The notes below the pieces were generated by a model. The model made no database searches, was not told where the DNA came from, and saw only the letters and a list, made by a program, of their open reading frames with translations. 38,625 nucleotides of DNA from Rhizomicrobium sp. (lineage in GTDB: Bacteria; Pseudomonadota; Alphaproteobacteria; Micropepsales; Micropepsaceae): the NCBI GenBank assembly GCA_035601715.1, contig DATNNS010000149.1, positions 1-38,625 on the forward strand, in the 5' to 3' direction. This document shows positions 1 to 8,721 of the stretch, in pieces. The translations under genes and the position numbers were made by a program. The first letter of the stretch is position 1. Every line of letters starts with the position of its first letter.

Positions 1-1345
1 CCAGCGCCGCCGCGACCGCCTTCGCATCGCGCGCCGCGCGCCAGGCTTGGAGCCGGGCCACCTGCTCGCGTTCCGCCGCCGCGTCGACCACGACGAAATT
101 GCCGTTGCCGGCGGTGAGCGGCGACGGCTCCGTCTCGGTATAGGCGTTGACGCCGACGCGGATTTCCTCGCCTCGCTCGATCGCCTCGACGCGCGCCGCG
201 TTCGAGGCGACCAGCCGCTCTTTCATATATTCCAGCGCCGCCTGCGACGACGCCCCGCCGGCCGCCTCGATGCGCGCGATCTCGCCGCGAATCTGCTCCA
301 CCAGGCTCGCGACTTTTTCCTCGATGACTTTGGATCCGTCGAAGATGTCGCCATAGTCCAGCATGTCAGTCTCGAACGCGCCGATCTGCTGCAGCCGCAG
401 CGACCATTGCTGATCCCACGGCCTGGGCAAGCCCAGCGCCTCGTTCCAGGCCGGCAGCTGCACCGCGCGGGCGCGCGCGTTTTTGGACAGCGTCACGCCC
501 AGCATGCCGAACAGGATGCGATAGACGTTGTTCTCCGGCTGCTGCTCGGTCAGGCCGAGCGAATTGACTTGGACGCCATAGCGAAACAGCCGAAGCTTGG
601 GATCGCTCACGCCGTAACGCTCGCGGCAGATCTCGTCCCACATCCGCGCCATCGCGCGCAGTTTGCAGATCTCGGTGATGAACTTGACACCGGAATTGAC
701 GAAGAAGGATATGCGGCCGACCGCATTGGGAAATTCATCGTCAGCGATCGCGCCGCGCGCCTTGGCGGCGTCCAGCACGGCGATTGCCGCGGCGAGCGCG
801 AAGGCGGCTTCCTCGACCGCATCGGCGCCGGCCTCCTGAAGATGATAGGAACACAGATTCACCGGATTCCATTTGGGCAGTTCCGCGCAAGTGAACGCGA
901 TCATGTCGGTGGTGAGCCGCATGCTGGGCGCCGGCGGAAAGATATAGGTGCCGCGCGCGAGATATTCCTTGATGATGTCGTTCTGCGTCGTGCCAGTCAG
1001 GCTCGCGCGGCTGGCGCCCTGCTCATCTGCCACCGCGACATAGAGCGCCAGCAGCCAGGCCGCCGGCGCGTTGATCGTCATCGAGGTGTTCATGCGCTCG
1101 AGCGGGATGCCGTCGAATAGCGCGCGCATGTCGCCCAGATGTCCGACCGGCACGCCGACCTTGCCCACCTCGCCCTTGGCCAGCACATCGTCGCTATCGT
1201 AACCGGTCTGCGTCGGCAGATCGAAGGCCACCGACAATCCCGTCTGGCCCTTGGCGAGATTGGCGCGATAAAGCGCATTCGACGCCGCGGCGCTCGAATG
1301 ACCGGCATAGGTGCGGAAGATCCAAGGCTTGTCGTGCGCGCGCAT
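1..1345 (-). CDS. ecm: Ethylmalonyl-CoA mutase (MeaA/Ecm, B12-dependent); 3' end runs off the window
   Basis: Absent from the ORF track because it is open at the edge. The minus strand from ATG 1345 reads MRAHDKPWIFRTYAGHSSAAASNALYRANLAKGQTGLSVAFDLPTQTGYDSD...GEVGKVGVP...MNTSMTINA...GTTQNDIIKEY, the MeaA/Ecm signature. ccr and mcd are nearby. An alternative in-frame ATG lies at 1381. Confidence 0.93.
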   Translation of the reverse strand, partial: MRAHDKPWIFRTYAGHSSAAASNALYRANLAKGQTGLSVAFDLPTQTGYDSDDVLAKGEVGKVGVPVGHLGDMRALFDGIPLERMNTSMTINAPAAWLLALYVAVADEQGASRASLTGTTQNDIIKEYLARGTYIFPPAPSMRLTTDMIAFTCAELPKWNPVNLCSYHLQEAGADAVEEAAFALAAAIAVLDAAKARGAIADDEFPNAVGRISFFVNSGVKFITEICKLRAMARMWDEICRERYGVSDPKLRLFRYGVQVNSLGLTEQQPENNVYRILFGMLGVTLSKNARARAVQLPAWNEALGLPRPWDQQWSLRLQQIGAFETDMLDYGDIFDGSKVIEEKVASLVEQIRGEIARIEAAGGASSQAALEYMKERLVASNAARVEAIERGEEIRVGVNAYTETEPSPLTAGNGNFVVVDAAAEREQVARLQAWRAARDAKAVAAAL

Positions 1346-1352
1346 CCGGGCA

Positions 1353-1368
1353 ATGTGCACCGCAACAT
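1353..1368. promoter_or_regulatory. Putative PhaR-type TGC-N3-GCA operator upstream of ecm
   Basis: ATGTGCACCGCAACAT is an imperfect palindrome with TGC-ACC-GCA at 1356-1364. The same core occurs twice upstream of ccr. Confidence 0.5.
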
Positions 1369-1438
1369 AATTGTTGTCCATTTGCCCAAAAACGCCTGAT
1401 CGGCTAGGTCGTGGGCCAAGGGAATTGGGGATTTTGCC

Positions 1439-2776
1439 ATGAAAAAACTGGGGTTTCTGGCCGCGTCGTGCGCGGTCGCGCTGCTCGTTGCCACGCCGGC
1501 CGGTGCCAGACCGAAAGCCGCGCCTGCTGCGCCCGTGCTGTTCGCGCCGGCAACGCCGGAAGCGGAAGGCTTCGACAGCGCGCGGCTCGCCCGCCTGCTT
1601 GCCGCGATGCATGAGCAGGTCGACAGCGGACAGCTCGCCGGCGTTCAGACCATGCTGGTGCGCCATGGCCGGTTGGTGAGCTTCGACACGTACGGCAAGG
1701 CCAGCCTCGCGACCGGCGCGCCGCTCCAGTCCGATTCCATTTTCCGCCTCTATTCGCAGACCAAGCCGACCATCGGCGTCGCGATGATGATCCTGTTCGA
1801 AGAGGGCAAATGGCGACTCGAGGATCCGGTGACGAAATACATTCCGGAATTCGCCAATCTCAAGGTGATCGCCGGCCTCGACAAGGACGGCAAGCCGCTG
1901 CTCGAGGACATGAAGCATGTCCCCACGATGCGCGAGCTGATGACGCACACCGCTGGCTTCGGCTACGGGCTTGAGAGCGACAACTATGTCGACCAGCAGT
2001 TCCAGGCCCAGCACGTGCTGGCCTCTAACGGCTTGCAGGACATGATCAACAAGATCGTTACCATCCCGCTGCGCTATCAGCCGGGCACGCATTGGTCCTA
2101 TTCGGCCGCGGTCGATATCCAAGGCTACATCATCGAGAAGCTGTCGGGCATGCGGCTCGCCGATTTCATGAAGAAGAACATCTACGATCCTCTCGGCATG
2201 AAGGACACCGGCTTCTACGTGCCCGCCGATAAGGTCGCGCGGCTGGCCGGCGCCAACGCGGTGGTGAACGGCAAGCTGATGGAGATCACGCCCGCGATGA
2301 CGCCGCTGTTGCAGGACTTCACCAAGGTTCCGGCGATGGATTCCGGCGGCGGCGGCTCGCTCGGCACGGCGGCCGACTATGCGCGCTTCTGCCAGATGAT
2401 GCTCAATCATGGCGAATTGAACGGCGTGCGCATTCTCTCGCCCGCTTCGGTCGCCCTGATCGAGTCGAACCAGATCGAGCCGACGGTGGTGCCCTATGAC
2501 GCCAAGGGGCGCGCGCCCATCGGCACCGACGCGCTGGGCTTCGGCCTCGACGTCGCGATCGCGACGGATCCGGCCAAGCTGGGCTCGCTGGTCGGCAAGG
2601 GCTCATTCTTCTGGGGTGGCGCGGCTGGCACCTGGTTCTGGATCGATCCGACGAACGACCTGTTCTTCCTCGGCATGATCCAGAAATTCGACAAAGAGGA
2701 GAAGACGGGCAACGACAACATCTCCACGCTGTCGCAGACGCTGGTCTATCAGGCGCTGACAAACCCGGCGCGGTAA
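1439..2776 (+). CDS. Secreted serine hydrolase, beta-lactamase class C / family VIII esterase fold
   Basis: Sec signal peptide, S-x-x-K motif (YSQTK), LMTHTAG, PG.HWSYS, and WGGAAGT.FWIDP. Confidence 0.9.
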   Translation: MKKLGFLAASCAVALLVATPAGARPKAAPAAPVLFAPATPEAEGFDSARLARLLAAMHEQVDSGQLAGVQTMLVRHGRLVSFDTYGKASLATGAPLQSDSIFRLYSQTKPTIGVAMMILFEEGKWRLEDPVTKYIPEFANLKVIAGLDKDGKPLLEDMKHVPTMRELMTHTAGFGYGLESDNYVDQQFQAQHVLASNGLQDMINKIVTIPLRYQPGTHWSYSAAVDIQGYIIEKLSGMRLADFMKKNIYDPLGMKDTGFYVPADKVARLAGANAVVNGKLMEITPAMTPLLQDFTKVPAMDSGGGGSLGTAADYARFCQMMLNHGELNGVRILSPASVALIESNQIEPTVVPYDAKGRAPIGTDALGFGLDVAIATDPAKLGSLVGKGSFFWGGAAGTWFWIDPTNDLFFLGMIQKFDKEEKTGNDNISTLSQTLVYQALTNPAR

Positions 2777-2789
2777 CAGGAGCCACACC

Positions 2790-3668
2790 ATGCGCGCTTT
2801 CGCTCTCGCCGTTTCGCTGACTTTAATGCCGGCCGCCGCGCTCGCCGCGACGCCGCAGGAGATCTGGAAAGCCTCTCTTGCCGACGACAACAAGGGATGG
2901 GCGACGGCGCCGCATGCGGTCCTGAAAATCCAGGACGCCGCTTATATCGGCGAAGGCAATGCGGCGACGCTGGTCGGCGTCAAGGGCAAGCCGCAGAGCT
3001 ATCATTGGGTGGCGGGCAGATCGGCCGGCGTGCTCACCGCGCATGTGCAAAACGGCCATCCCGTCGTCGAAAAGGACGGCAAGACCTACGACGAAACCGC
3101 GCTCGCCAAGGGCATTCCCGTCGATACCGGCGTCGACGTGACAGGCGCGCAAACCCAGGTGCAGGCCGGCGTGATCGGCGCGCGCATTTTCGTCTTCAAC
3201 CAGCAAAACCCGGTCGCGAAAGCGTTCAAGGGCGTCGATTACTACCCCTACGATCCCGCCTATGTCGTGAGCGCGCGCTTTGTGCCCGATCCGAAGCTTG
3301 CGCCGCACGCTTTCCGCACCTCGCGCGGTACCACCAAGCAGTTCTATCATGTAGGCGACGCGACCTTCGCGCTCGCCGGCAAGACGGTCACGCTTCCGTT
3401 CTATGCCGACGCCAACGTGCCCGCGAAGATCAAGGCGATCTCGGCTTTCTTCATGGACGGACTGACCGGCACGGAGACTTACGGCTCCGGACGCTATGTC
3501 GATGTGGAGAATTTCGGCGCGTTTCCGCCCAAGACGATCGCGATCGATTTCAACTACGCCTACAATCCCAATTGCGCCCATTCCCACTTCTTCACCTGCC
3601 CCATCGCGCTCGACAGCATCGCCGCCGATGTGAGAGCGGGCGAGCGTTACACCCCCGGCCCGCACTGA
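2790..3668 (+). CDS. DUF1684 domain-containing secreted protein
   Basis: Signal peptide; TYGSGRY and DFNYAYNPNCA...TCP motifs typical of DUF1684; GGAG RBS. Confidence 0.85.
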   Translation: MRAFALAVSLTLMPAAALAATPQEIWKASLADDNKGWATAPHAVLKIQDAAYIGEGNAATLVGVKGKPQSYHWVAGRSAGVLTAHVQNGHPVVEKDGKTYDETALAKGIPVDTGVDVTGAQTQVQAGVIGARIFVFNQQNPVAKAFKGVDYYPYDPAYVVSARFVPDPKLAPHAFRTSRGTTKQFYHVGDATFALAGKTVTLPFYADANVPAKIKAISAFFMDGLTGTETYGSGRYVDVENFGAFPPKTIAIDFNYAYNPNCAHSHFFTCPIALDSIAADVRAGERYTPGPH

Positions 3669-3673
3669 CGGCG

Positions 3674-3994
3674 ATGCAGCGCCGCACGCTTTCCTTCGCC
3701 GAGCAGAAGGCCGCCGAGCGCGAACGCGCCAAGCGCAAAGCGCTCAAGGTGCTGCGCCGGACACGCATCGCGGCGGAGAAGACGGGCGTCGCGCTGTCGG
3801 AGTGGGAAGGCGAATTCCTGGAGTCGGTCGAAGGCCGCGTGAAAATCTACGGCCGCGCGTTCCACGACCCGGAAAAGGGCGCGCCGTCCGCATCGCTCTC
3901 CATGCTGCAGCACGTCAAACTAAAAGAGATCGGCGCCAAGGCGAGTGGCAAGAAGAAGCCGCGCAAGAACGGCTTCGGGCGCCGCGCCGATTGA
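3674..3994 (+). CDS. Small basic hypothetical protein (106 aa)
   Basis: ATG 5 nt after the DUF1684 stop; this is the 3' part of track ORF 2897..3994. LSEWEGEFLESV..RV..YGRAF.DPEKG resembles a conserved alphaproteobacterial hypothetical (from recollection). Confidence 0.7.
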   Translation: MQRRTLSFAEQKAAERERAKRKALKVLRRTRIAAEKTGVALSEWEGEFLESVEGRVKIYGRAFHDPEKGAPSASLSMLQHVKLKEIGAKASGKKKPRKNGFGRRAD

Positions 3995-4000
3995 GCGGTT

Positions 4001-4426
4001 TTATTTCGCCGCGGTGAAGGCCGCGAAACGGCGCAGCGCCGCCGCCATCCGCTTGCGCGTCATCGCGTCGACGGCACCGTAATTGGTCGCCTTCATTTCA
4101 TGCCGCGTGACGGTGATCACCAGATCGGTGCGCACCATGTCTTTCGCGCCGTCGAGCCCGACGGGAACGGTCTGTTCCTTGCGGCCGAACAATCCGTCCA
4201 TCGTCTTGCCCCAGGAGTGGAACGGCGGCGGCATGAATTGCTTGAGCGGCACATAGCCCGGCTCGATGCGCTTGCCGGCGCTGGCGCGGATCGGGCAAAC
4301 CCAATAGACGTTGGCCTTCTCGCTGGCGAAGGCTGACGACACCACGACGGCGAGAAAGGTCTCGTCGCCGCCTTCGGCCGGCCAACTCTCGCCAGGGACC
4401 TCAACGATGTCCCACTGCCTCGGCAT
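4001..4426 (-). CDS. PemK/MazF-like protein, atypical active site
   Basis: Pattern WDIVEVP...AVVVS...WVCPI...GL...MVRTDLVITV...YGAVD...AAL matches the PemK/MazF layout, but the RP and PIT motifs are substituted. Confidence 0.62.
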   Translation of the reverse strand: MPRQWDIVEVPGESWPAEGGDETFLAVVVSSAFASEKANVYWVCPIRASAGKRIEPGYVPLKQFMPPPFHSWGKTMDGLFGRKEQTVPVGLDGAKDMVRTDLVITVTRHEMKATNYGAVDAMTRKRMAAALRRFAAFTAAK

Positions 4427-4453
4427 GCCCCACCCCTTACAAACCGGCCGCGA

Positions 4454-4636
4454 TCAGGCGTTGCGGAACGCCTGAAGCCCGCGCAGCGGCTTCTTCTCTT
4501 TTTCTGTCTTCACGTCGTCCTTCGCCGCGATGGTGATGTTGATCGCCATCTTATCGTCGGCCGGCGTCTTGTTGATCTCGACACTGGCGGTCTCGCCCGG
4601 CTTCAGCGCGATCCCAGGTTCGTCTTTCATGCCCAT
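4454..4636 (-). CDS. Small hypothetical protein (60 aa) upstream of the MazF-like gene
   Basis: GGGAG RBS before ATG 4636; reads MGMKDEPGIALKPGETASVEINKTPADDKMAINITIAAKDDVKTEKEKKPLRGLQAFRNA with host-like codon usage. It is the 3' end of track ORF 4454..5776. Confidence 0.65.
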   Translation of the reverse strand: MGMKDEPGIALKPGETASVEINKTPADDKMAINITIAAKDDVKTEKEKKPLRGLQAFRNA

Positions 4637-4777
4637 GACGGGCTCCCGCATTCCACTGTTCCAGAATAAAACGCGCGAAGCCTGGGGGGAAGGGGCGCGC
4701 CTTGGGTGGAGGGCCGAAAATTGAAATTTTGTTTCGTTAACGGCGCGCTTTCTGTGAGTTTTTGCCGCAACTGATGC

Positions 4778-4806
4778 TGCAATGCAGAAGAAAATCTTGC
4801 GTTGCA
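4778..4806. promoter_or_regulatory. Two putative PhaR-type TGC-N3-GCA sites upstream of ccr
   Basis: TGCAATGCAGAA at 4778-4789 and TGCGTTGCA at 4798-4806, in an AT-rich intergenic region. Confidence 0.5.
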
Positions 4807-4858
4807 CCCAAGCCATGGGCCTAATCGTTCCAGTATTTCGAGCGAGTGGGAGCAGTCC

Positions 4859-6139
4859 ATGGCCGCGGCCGAAGCCAAGCCGTCTTTCGATGTCTACAAG
4901 GACCTCTACGAGATCGGCGAGATCCCGCCGCTCGGGCATGTCCCCAAAAACATGTATGCCTGGACGATCCGCAAGGAGCGCCACGGTCCGCCCGAGCAGT
5001 CGATGAAGATCGAAGTGGTGCCGACCTGGGCGCTCGACAGCCACGACGTGCTGATTCTCGTGATGGCGGCGGGGGTCAACTACAACGGCGTCTGGGCCGG
5101 TTTGGGCACGCCGGTCTCGCCCATCGACAGCCACAAGAATCCCTATCACGTCGCGGGCAGCGACGCCTCGGGCATCGTCTGGGCCGTGGGCTCCAAGGTC
5201 ACGCGCTGGAAAGTCGGCGACGAGATCGTCGTGCATTGCAATCAGGACGACGGCGACGACGAGGAATGCAATGGCGGCGATCCGATGTTCTCGCCGAGCC
5301 AGCGCATCTGGGGCTACGAGACGCCCGACGGCAGCTTCGCGCAATTCGCCCGCGTGCAGGACCGCCAGCTCATGACGCGCCCCAGGCATCTGACCTGGGA
5401 AGAAAGCGCCTGCTACACGCTGACGCTCGCCACGACCTATCGCATGTTCTTCGGCCATCGCCCGCATATCCTGCGGCCCGGACACAACGTCCTCATCTGG
5501 GGCGCGTCGGGCGGTCTCGGCTCCTTCGCGGTGCAGCTTTGCGCCGTCTCGGGCGCCAATGCGATCGGCGTGATCAGCGATGAGAGCAAGCGCGACTTCG
5601 TGCTCTCGCTCGGCGCCAAAGGCGTCATCAACCGCAAGGATTTCAACTGCTGGGGTCAGATGCCCACTGTCGGCACGCCCGACTATGACGCATGGACGAA
5701 AGAAGCGCGCAAATTCGGCAAGGCCATCTGGGACATCACCGGCAAAGGCAACGATGTCGACATGGTGTTCGAGCATCCGGGCGAGAGTACGTTTCCGGTG
5801 TCATGCCTCGTGGTCAAGCGGGGCGGCATGGTCGTGTTCTGCGCCGGCACCACCGGTTACAACATCACGTTCGACGCGCGATATGTGTGGATGCGCCAGA
5901 AGCGCATCCAGGGCTCGCACTTTGCCAACCTCAAGCAGGCCAGCCAGGCGAACACCTTGATGCTGGAACGCCGCCTCGACCCCTGCATGTCCGAAGTGTT
6001 CCCCTGGGCCGACATCCCGCTCGCCCACACCAAGATGTGGAAGAACGAACATCTGCCCGGCAACATGGCGGTGCTCGTCAACGCGCAGCGCCCGGGACTG
6101 AAGACGTTCGAGGACGTGGTGGAAGCTGGCCGGGCTTAA
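4859..6139 (+). CDS. ccrA: Crotonyl-CoA carboxylase/reductase
   Basis: GGGAG RBS before ATG 4859; motifs GVNYNGVW, IWGYETPDGSFAQF, WGASGGLG, FEHPG and IQGSHFA; context with ecm and mcd. Confidence 0.96.
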   Translation: MAAAEAKPSFDVYKDLYEIGEIPPLGHVPKNMYAWTIRKERHGPPEQSMKIEVVPTWALDSHDVLILVMAAGVNYNGVWAGLGTPVSPIDSHKNPYHVAGSDASGIVWAVGSKVTRWKVGDEIVVHCNQDDGDDEECNGGDPMFSPSQRIWGYETPDGSFAQFARVQDRQLMTRPRHLTWEESACYTLTLATTYRMFFGHRPHILRPGHNVLIWGASGGLGSFAVQLCAVSGANAIGVISDESKRDFVLSLGAKGVINRKDFNCWGQMPTVGTPDYDAWTKEARKFGKAIWDITGKGNDVDMVFEHPGESTFPVSCLVVKRGGMVVFCAGTTGYNITFDARYVWMRQKRIQGSHFANLKQASQANTLMLERRLDPCMSEVFPWADIPLAHTKMWKNEHLPGNMAVLVNAQRPGLKTFEDVVEAGRA

Positions 6140-6221
6140 CGCGGCGCGACGCTAAAACGCCATGCATGGTGCGCTGCGGCGCGCTCCGCTATGGTCGGGC
6201 GAACGCCATTTGCGGACGCCG

Positions 6222-7880
6222 ATGAAGACCGCCATGCCCCACCTGCTGGATCGTTGCGACGCCGCCGTGCTCGCGGCGGACAGTCTGCTCGCGAAAGCGA
6301 AAGCCAATGTCGCGGCCCTGGTCGGTGAGAACGGGCGCGTGTCGCCGGCCCTGCTCGACCGCGAACAGCGCGCCGCCCATGCGCTGGCCTGGTATGCCAC
6401 CATCATCGAGGCGCTGCGCCGGATGGCGCGCTGGGCGCGCGCGGGCGGGACGCGCTTTGGCGACATCGAGCGGCTGATCCTGGAGGCCGCGTTCGGCGAA
6501 TATCTCGCGCAGATCGCGGGCGGCATCGCGATGAGCCAGAACGAGATCGCCCGGCCCGGCGATCTGGGACTTTCCGACGACGACATTGCCGCGTTCCGCA
6601 CGCCGGCCGTCGCCGAACTGATCGCGCGCGGCACGCGCCGCGAAAACCGCGCCGCCATCGGCGACTATCTCGCTGCGCATGCCGGCGCGATGCATTTCGG
6701 CGATCCGGGCCTGGACGAGACGATGGGCATGGTGCGCGAGCAGTTCTATCGTTTTGCGCAGGAAAAGGTCGCGCCCTTCGCCCATCGTTGGCATCTCGAC
6801 GATCAGCTGATTCCGCTGGATGTGATTGCGGAGATGAGCGCGCTGGGCGTCTTCGGCCTGACCATCCCGGAGCAATATGGCGGCGCGGGACTGTCCAAAA
6901 CCGCGATGTGCGTGGTCTCCGAAGAGCTGTCGCGCGGTTATATCGGCGTCGGCTCGCTCGGCACGCGCTCGGAGATCGCCGCCGAACTCATCCTCAACGG
7001 CGGCACCAAGGAGCAGCGCGAGCATTGGCTGCCGCTGATCGCGAGCGGCGAGAAATTGCCCACCGCCGTCTTCACCGAGCCCAACACCGGTTCCGATCTC
7101 GGTTCGCTGCGCACGCGCGCCGCGCGCGATGGCGACAGCTACAAAATCTCCGGCAACAAGACCTGGATCACCCATGCGATGCGCGCCGATGTGATGACTC
7201 TGCTGGCGCGCACCGATCCCAGCTCGAAAGACCATCGCGGCCTCTCCATGTTCCTCGCCGAAAAGCCGCGCGGCAGCGCCGCGCAGCCGTTCACCGCGCC
7301 CGGCATGAGTGGGGGCGAGATCGCGGTTCTGGGCTATCGCGGCATGAAGGAATACGAGATCGCCTTCGACGGCTTCGAAGTGCCCGCCGCCAACCTGCTC
7401 GGCAACACCGAAGGCCAGGGCTTCAAGCAATTGATGCAGACTTTTGAATCCGCTCGCATCCAGACCGCGGCGCGCGCCGTGGGTGTGGCGATGAACGCGC
7501 TCGACCTTGGCCTGCGTTATGCGCTGGACCGCCGGCAGTTCGACCGTCCGATCTTCGAATTTCCGCGCGTGCGCGACAAGCTTGCGATGATGGCTGTGGA
7601 GATCGCCATCGCCCGCCAGCTCGCCTATCACGCCGCCCGCGAGAAGGACGAGGGCCGGCGCTGCGACCTCGAGGCCGGCATGGCCAAGCTGCTGGCGGCG
7701 CGCGTCGCCTGGGCGGCCGCCGACAATGCGCTGCAGATCCACGGCGGCAACGGCTTTGCGCTCGAATTCCCCATCAGCCGCGTGCTGTGCGACGCGCGCA
7801 TTCTCAACATCTTCGAAGGCGCGGCCGAGATCCAGGCGCAGGTGATCGCGCGCCGTCTCCTGGAGGCCGGCCCGAACTGA
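6222..7880 (+). CDS. mcd: (2S)-methylsuccinyl-CoA dehydrogenase (acyl-CoA dehydrogenase family)
   Basis: Acyl-CoA dehydrogenase of about 552 aa with an N-terminal extension; AVFTEPNTGSDL, GNKTWITH, VLGYRGMKEY, QIHGGNG, NIFEGAAEIQ; next to ccr. Start could be 6234. Confidence 0.9.
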   Translation: MKTAMPHLLDRCDAAVLAADSLLAKAKANVAALVGENGRVSPALLDREQRAAHALAWYATIIEALRRMARWARAGGTRFGDIERLILEAAFGEYLAQIAGGIAMSQNEIARPGDLGLSDDDIAAFRTPAVAELIARGTRRENRAAIGDYLAAHAGAMHFGDPGLDETMGMVREQFYRFAQEKVAPFAHRWHLDDQLIPLDVIAEMSALGVFGLTIPEQYGGAGLSKTAMCVVSEELSRGYIGVGSLGTRSEIAAELILNGGTKEQREHWLPLIASGEKLPTAVFTEPNTGSDLGSLRTRAARDGDSYKISGNKTWITHAMRADVMTLLARTDPSSKDHRGLSMFLAEKPRGSAAQPFTAPGMSGGEIAVLGYRGMKEYEIAFDGFEVPAANLLGNTEGQGFKQLMQTFESARIQTAARAVGVAMNALDLGLRYALDRRQFDRPIFEFPRVRDKLAMMAVEIAIARQLAYHAAREKDEGRRCDLEAGMAKLLAARVAWAAADNALQIHGGNGFALEFPISRVLCDARILNIFEGAAEIQAQVIARRLLEAGPN

Positions 7881-7924
7881 ACGCGCGTGATGACAGACGC
7901 CGCGAACGGGATTAGAGAGAGACG

Positions 7925-8245
7925 ATGTCAGGGCAGCATCCCATCGATCGCCTGTTCGCCGTGGTGCGGTCGCGCAAGGATGCCGACCCCGCGTCGTCCT
8001 ACACCGCCAAGCTGTTCGCGCAGGGTACGCTCAAGATCGCCAAGAAGCTGGGCGAGGAAGGCGTCGAGACCGCGCTTGCCGCCGTCGGTCAAGGCAAGGA
8101 ATGCCTGGTCGCGGAGTCCGCCGACCTTCTCTATCACCTGCTGGTGCTGTGGGCGGCCTGCGGCGTGACGCCGGCAGACGCCTATGCCGCGCTCGAAGCG
8201 CGCGTCGGACGTTCGGGGCTGGACGAGAAGAACAGCCGCGGCTAA
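7925..8245 (+). CDS. hisE: Phosphoribosyl-ATP pyrophosphatase
   Basis: SYTAKLF..G..KIAKKLGEEGVE...ESADLLYHLLVL. Confidence 0.95.
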   Translation: MSGQHPIDRLFAVVRSRKDADPASSYTAKLFAQGTLKIAKKLGEEGVETALAAVGQGKECLVAESADLLYHLLVLWAACGVTPADAYAALEARVGRSGLDEKNSRG

Positions 8246-8655
8246 CCCGCCCGCGAGCCCGCGCTCTTTTCCTTGGCGGCGAGATTCTTGGCCAGATTGA
8301 TCAGGTTCTTGCGCGCCTTGGCGTCCTTGATCTGCGCCAGCGCGATGGCGAGCTCCTGGCCTTCGCGGCTGACCGATAGCGGCGGCGCCGGCTCTTCGGC
8401 GAATCCGCGCTGGCGGCCGGAGGCGGCAATCACCTCTTCGAAGAAATTCGCGATGGGCGTCGACAGCGCCTGGGCGATCACGAACAGCCGCCCGGCGGAA
8501 ATCCGGTTGGTGCCCTTTTCATATTTCTGGACCTGCTGGAACGACAGGCCGAGCTTCTTGGCCAGCGTGTCTTGGCTCAGCCCGAGCGCGACGCGCCGGT
8601 CGCGGACGCGGACGCCCACCAGCTTGTCGATTGCATTGGCCTGTTTTTTGTTCAT
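8242..8655 (-). CDS. XRE/Cro-family HTH transcriptional regulator (paralog 2)
   Basis: VG.RVR.RR..LGLSQ..LA..LGLSFQQVQKYEKGTNRISAGRL, typical alphaproteobacterial XRE. Confidence 0.92.
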   Translation of the reverse strand: MNKKQANAIDKLVGVRVRDRRVALGLSQDTLAKKLGLSFQQVQKYEKGTNRISAGRLFVIAQALSTPIANFFEEVIAASGRQRGFAEEPAPPLSVSREGQELAIALAQIKDAKARKNLINLAKNLAAKEKSAGSRAG

Positions 8656-8681
8656 CGCGCGGTGGGTGCCATTCCGCCCAA

Positions 8682-8718
8682 CCGTAAGTCGTAAGGCGGC
8701 AGTCTGTCAAAACCTGAC
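8682..8718 (-). promoter_or_regulatory. Putative sigma70 promoter for XRE paralog 2, with an overlapping palindrome
   Basis: Minus-strand TTGACA at 8710-8705; GTCA-N5-TGAC palindrome at 8706-8718; CGTAAG direct repeat at 8683-8688 and 8690-8695. Confidence 0.4.
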
Positions 8719-8721
8719 CGT

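Noticed and set aside
47-1120. 357-aa plus-strand ORF
   Set aside because: Antisense shadow of ecm, which is missing from the track only because it runs off the window edge.
1439-2776. Beta-lactam resistance gene
   Set aside because: It has Y-S rather than Y-x-N and WGG rather than KTG, typical of family VIII esterases. No resistance claim is supportable.
4636-4665. Possible sigma54 (TGGAAC...TGC) or EcfG (GGAAC-N17-CGTC) promoter for the small ORF/MazF-like unit
   Set aside because: The GG-to-GC spacing is 11 rather than 10, and the EcfG -10 is mismatched and collides with the RBS/start.
4717-4741. AAAATTGAAATTTT palindrome and GTTAAC near ccr as a CtrA or other site
   Set aside because: No second TTAA at 7-nt spacing, and the A/T palindrome cannot be distinguished from a simple UP element.
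4454-5776. 440-aa minus-strand ORF
   Set aside because: Antisense to ccr. Only the last 60 codons have an RBS and lie free of overlap.
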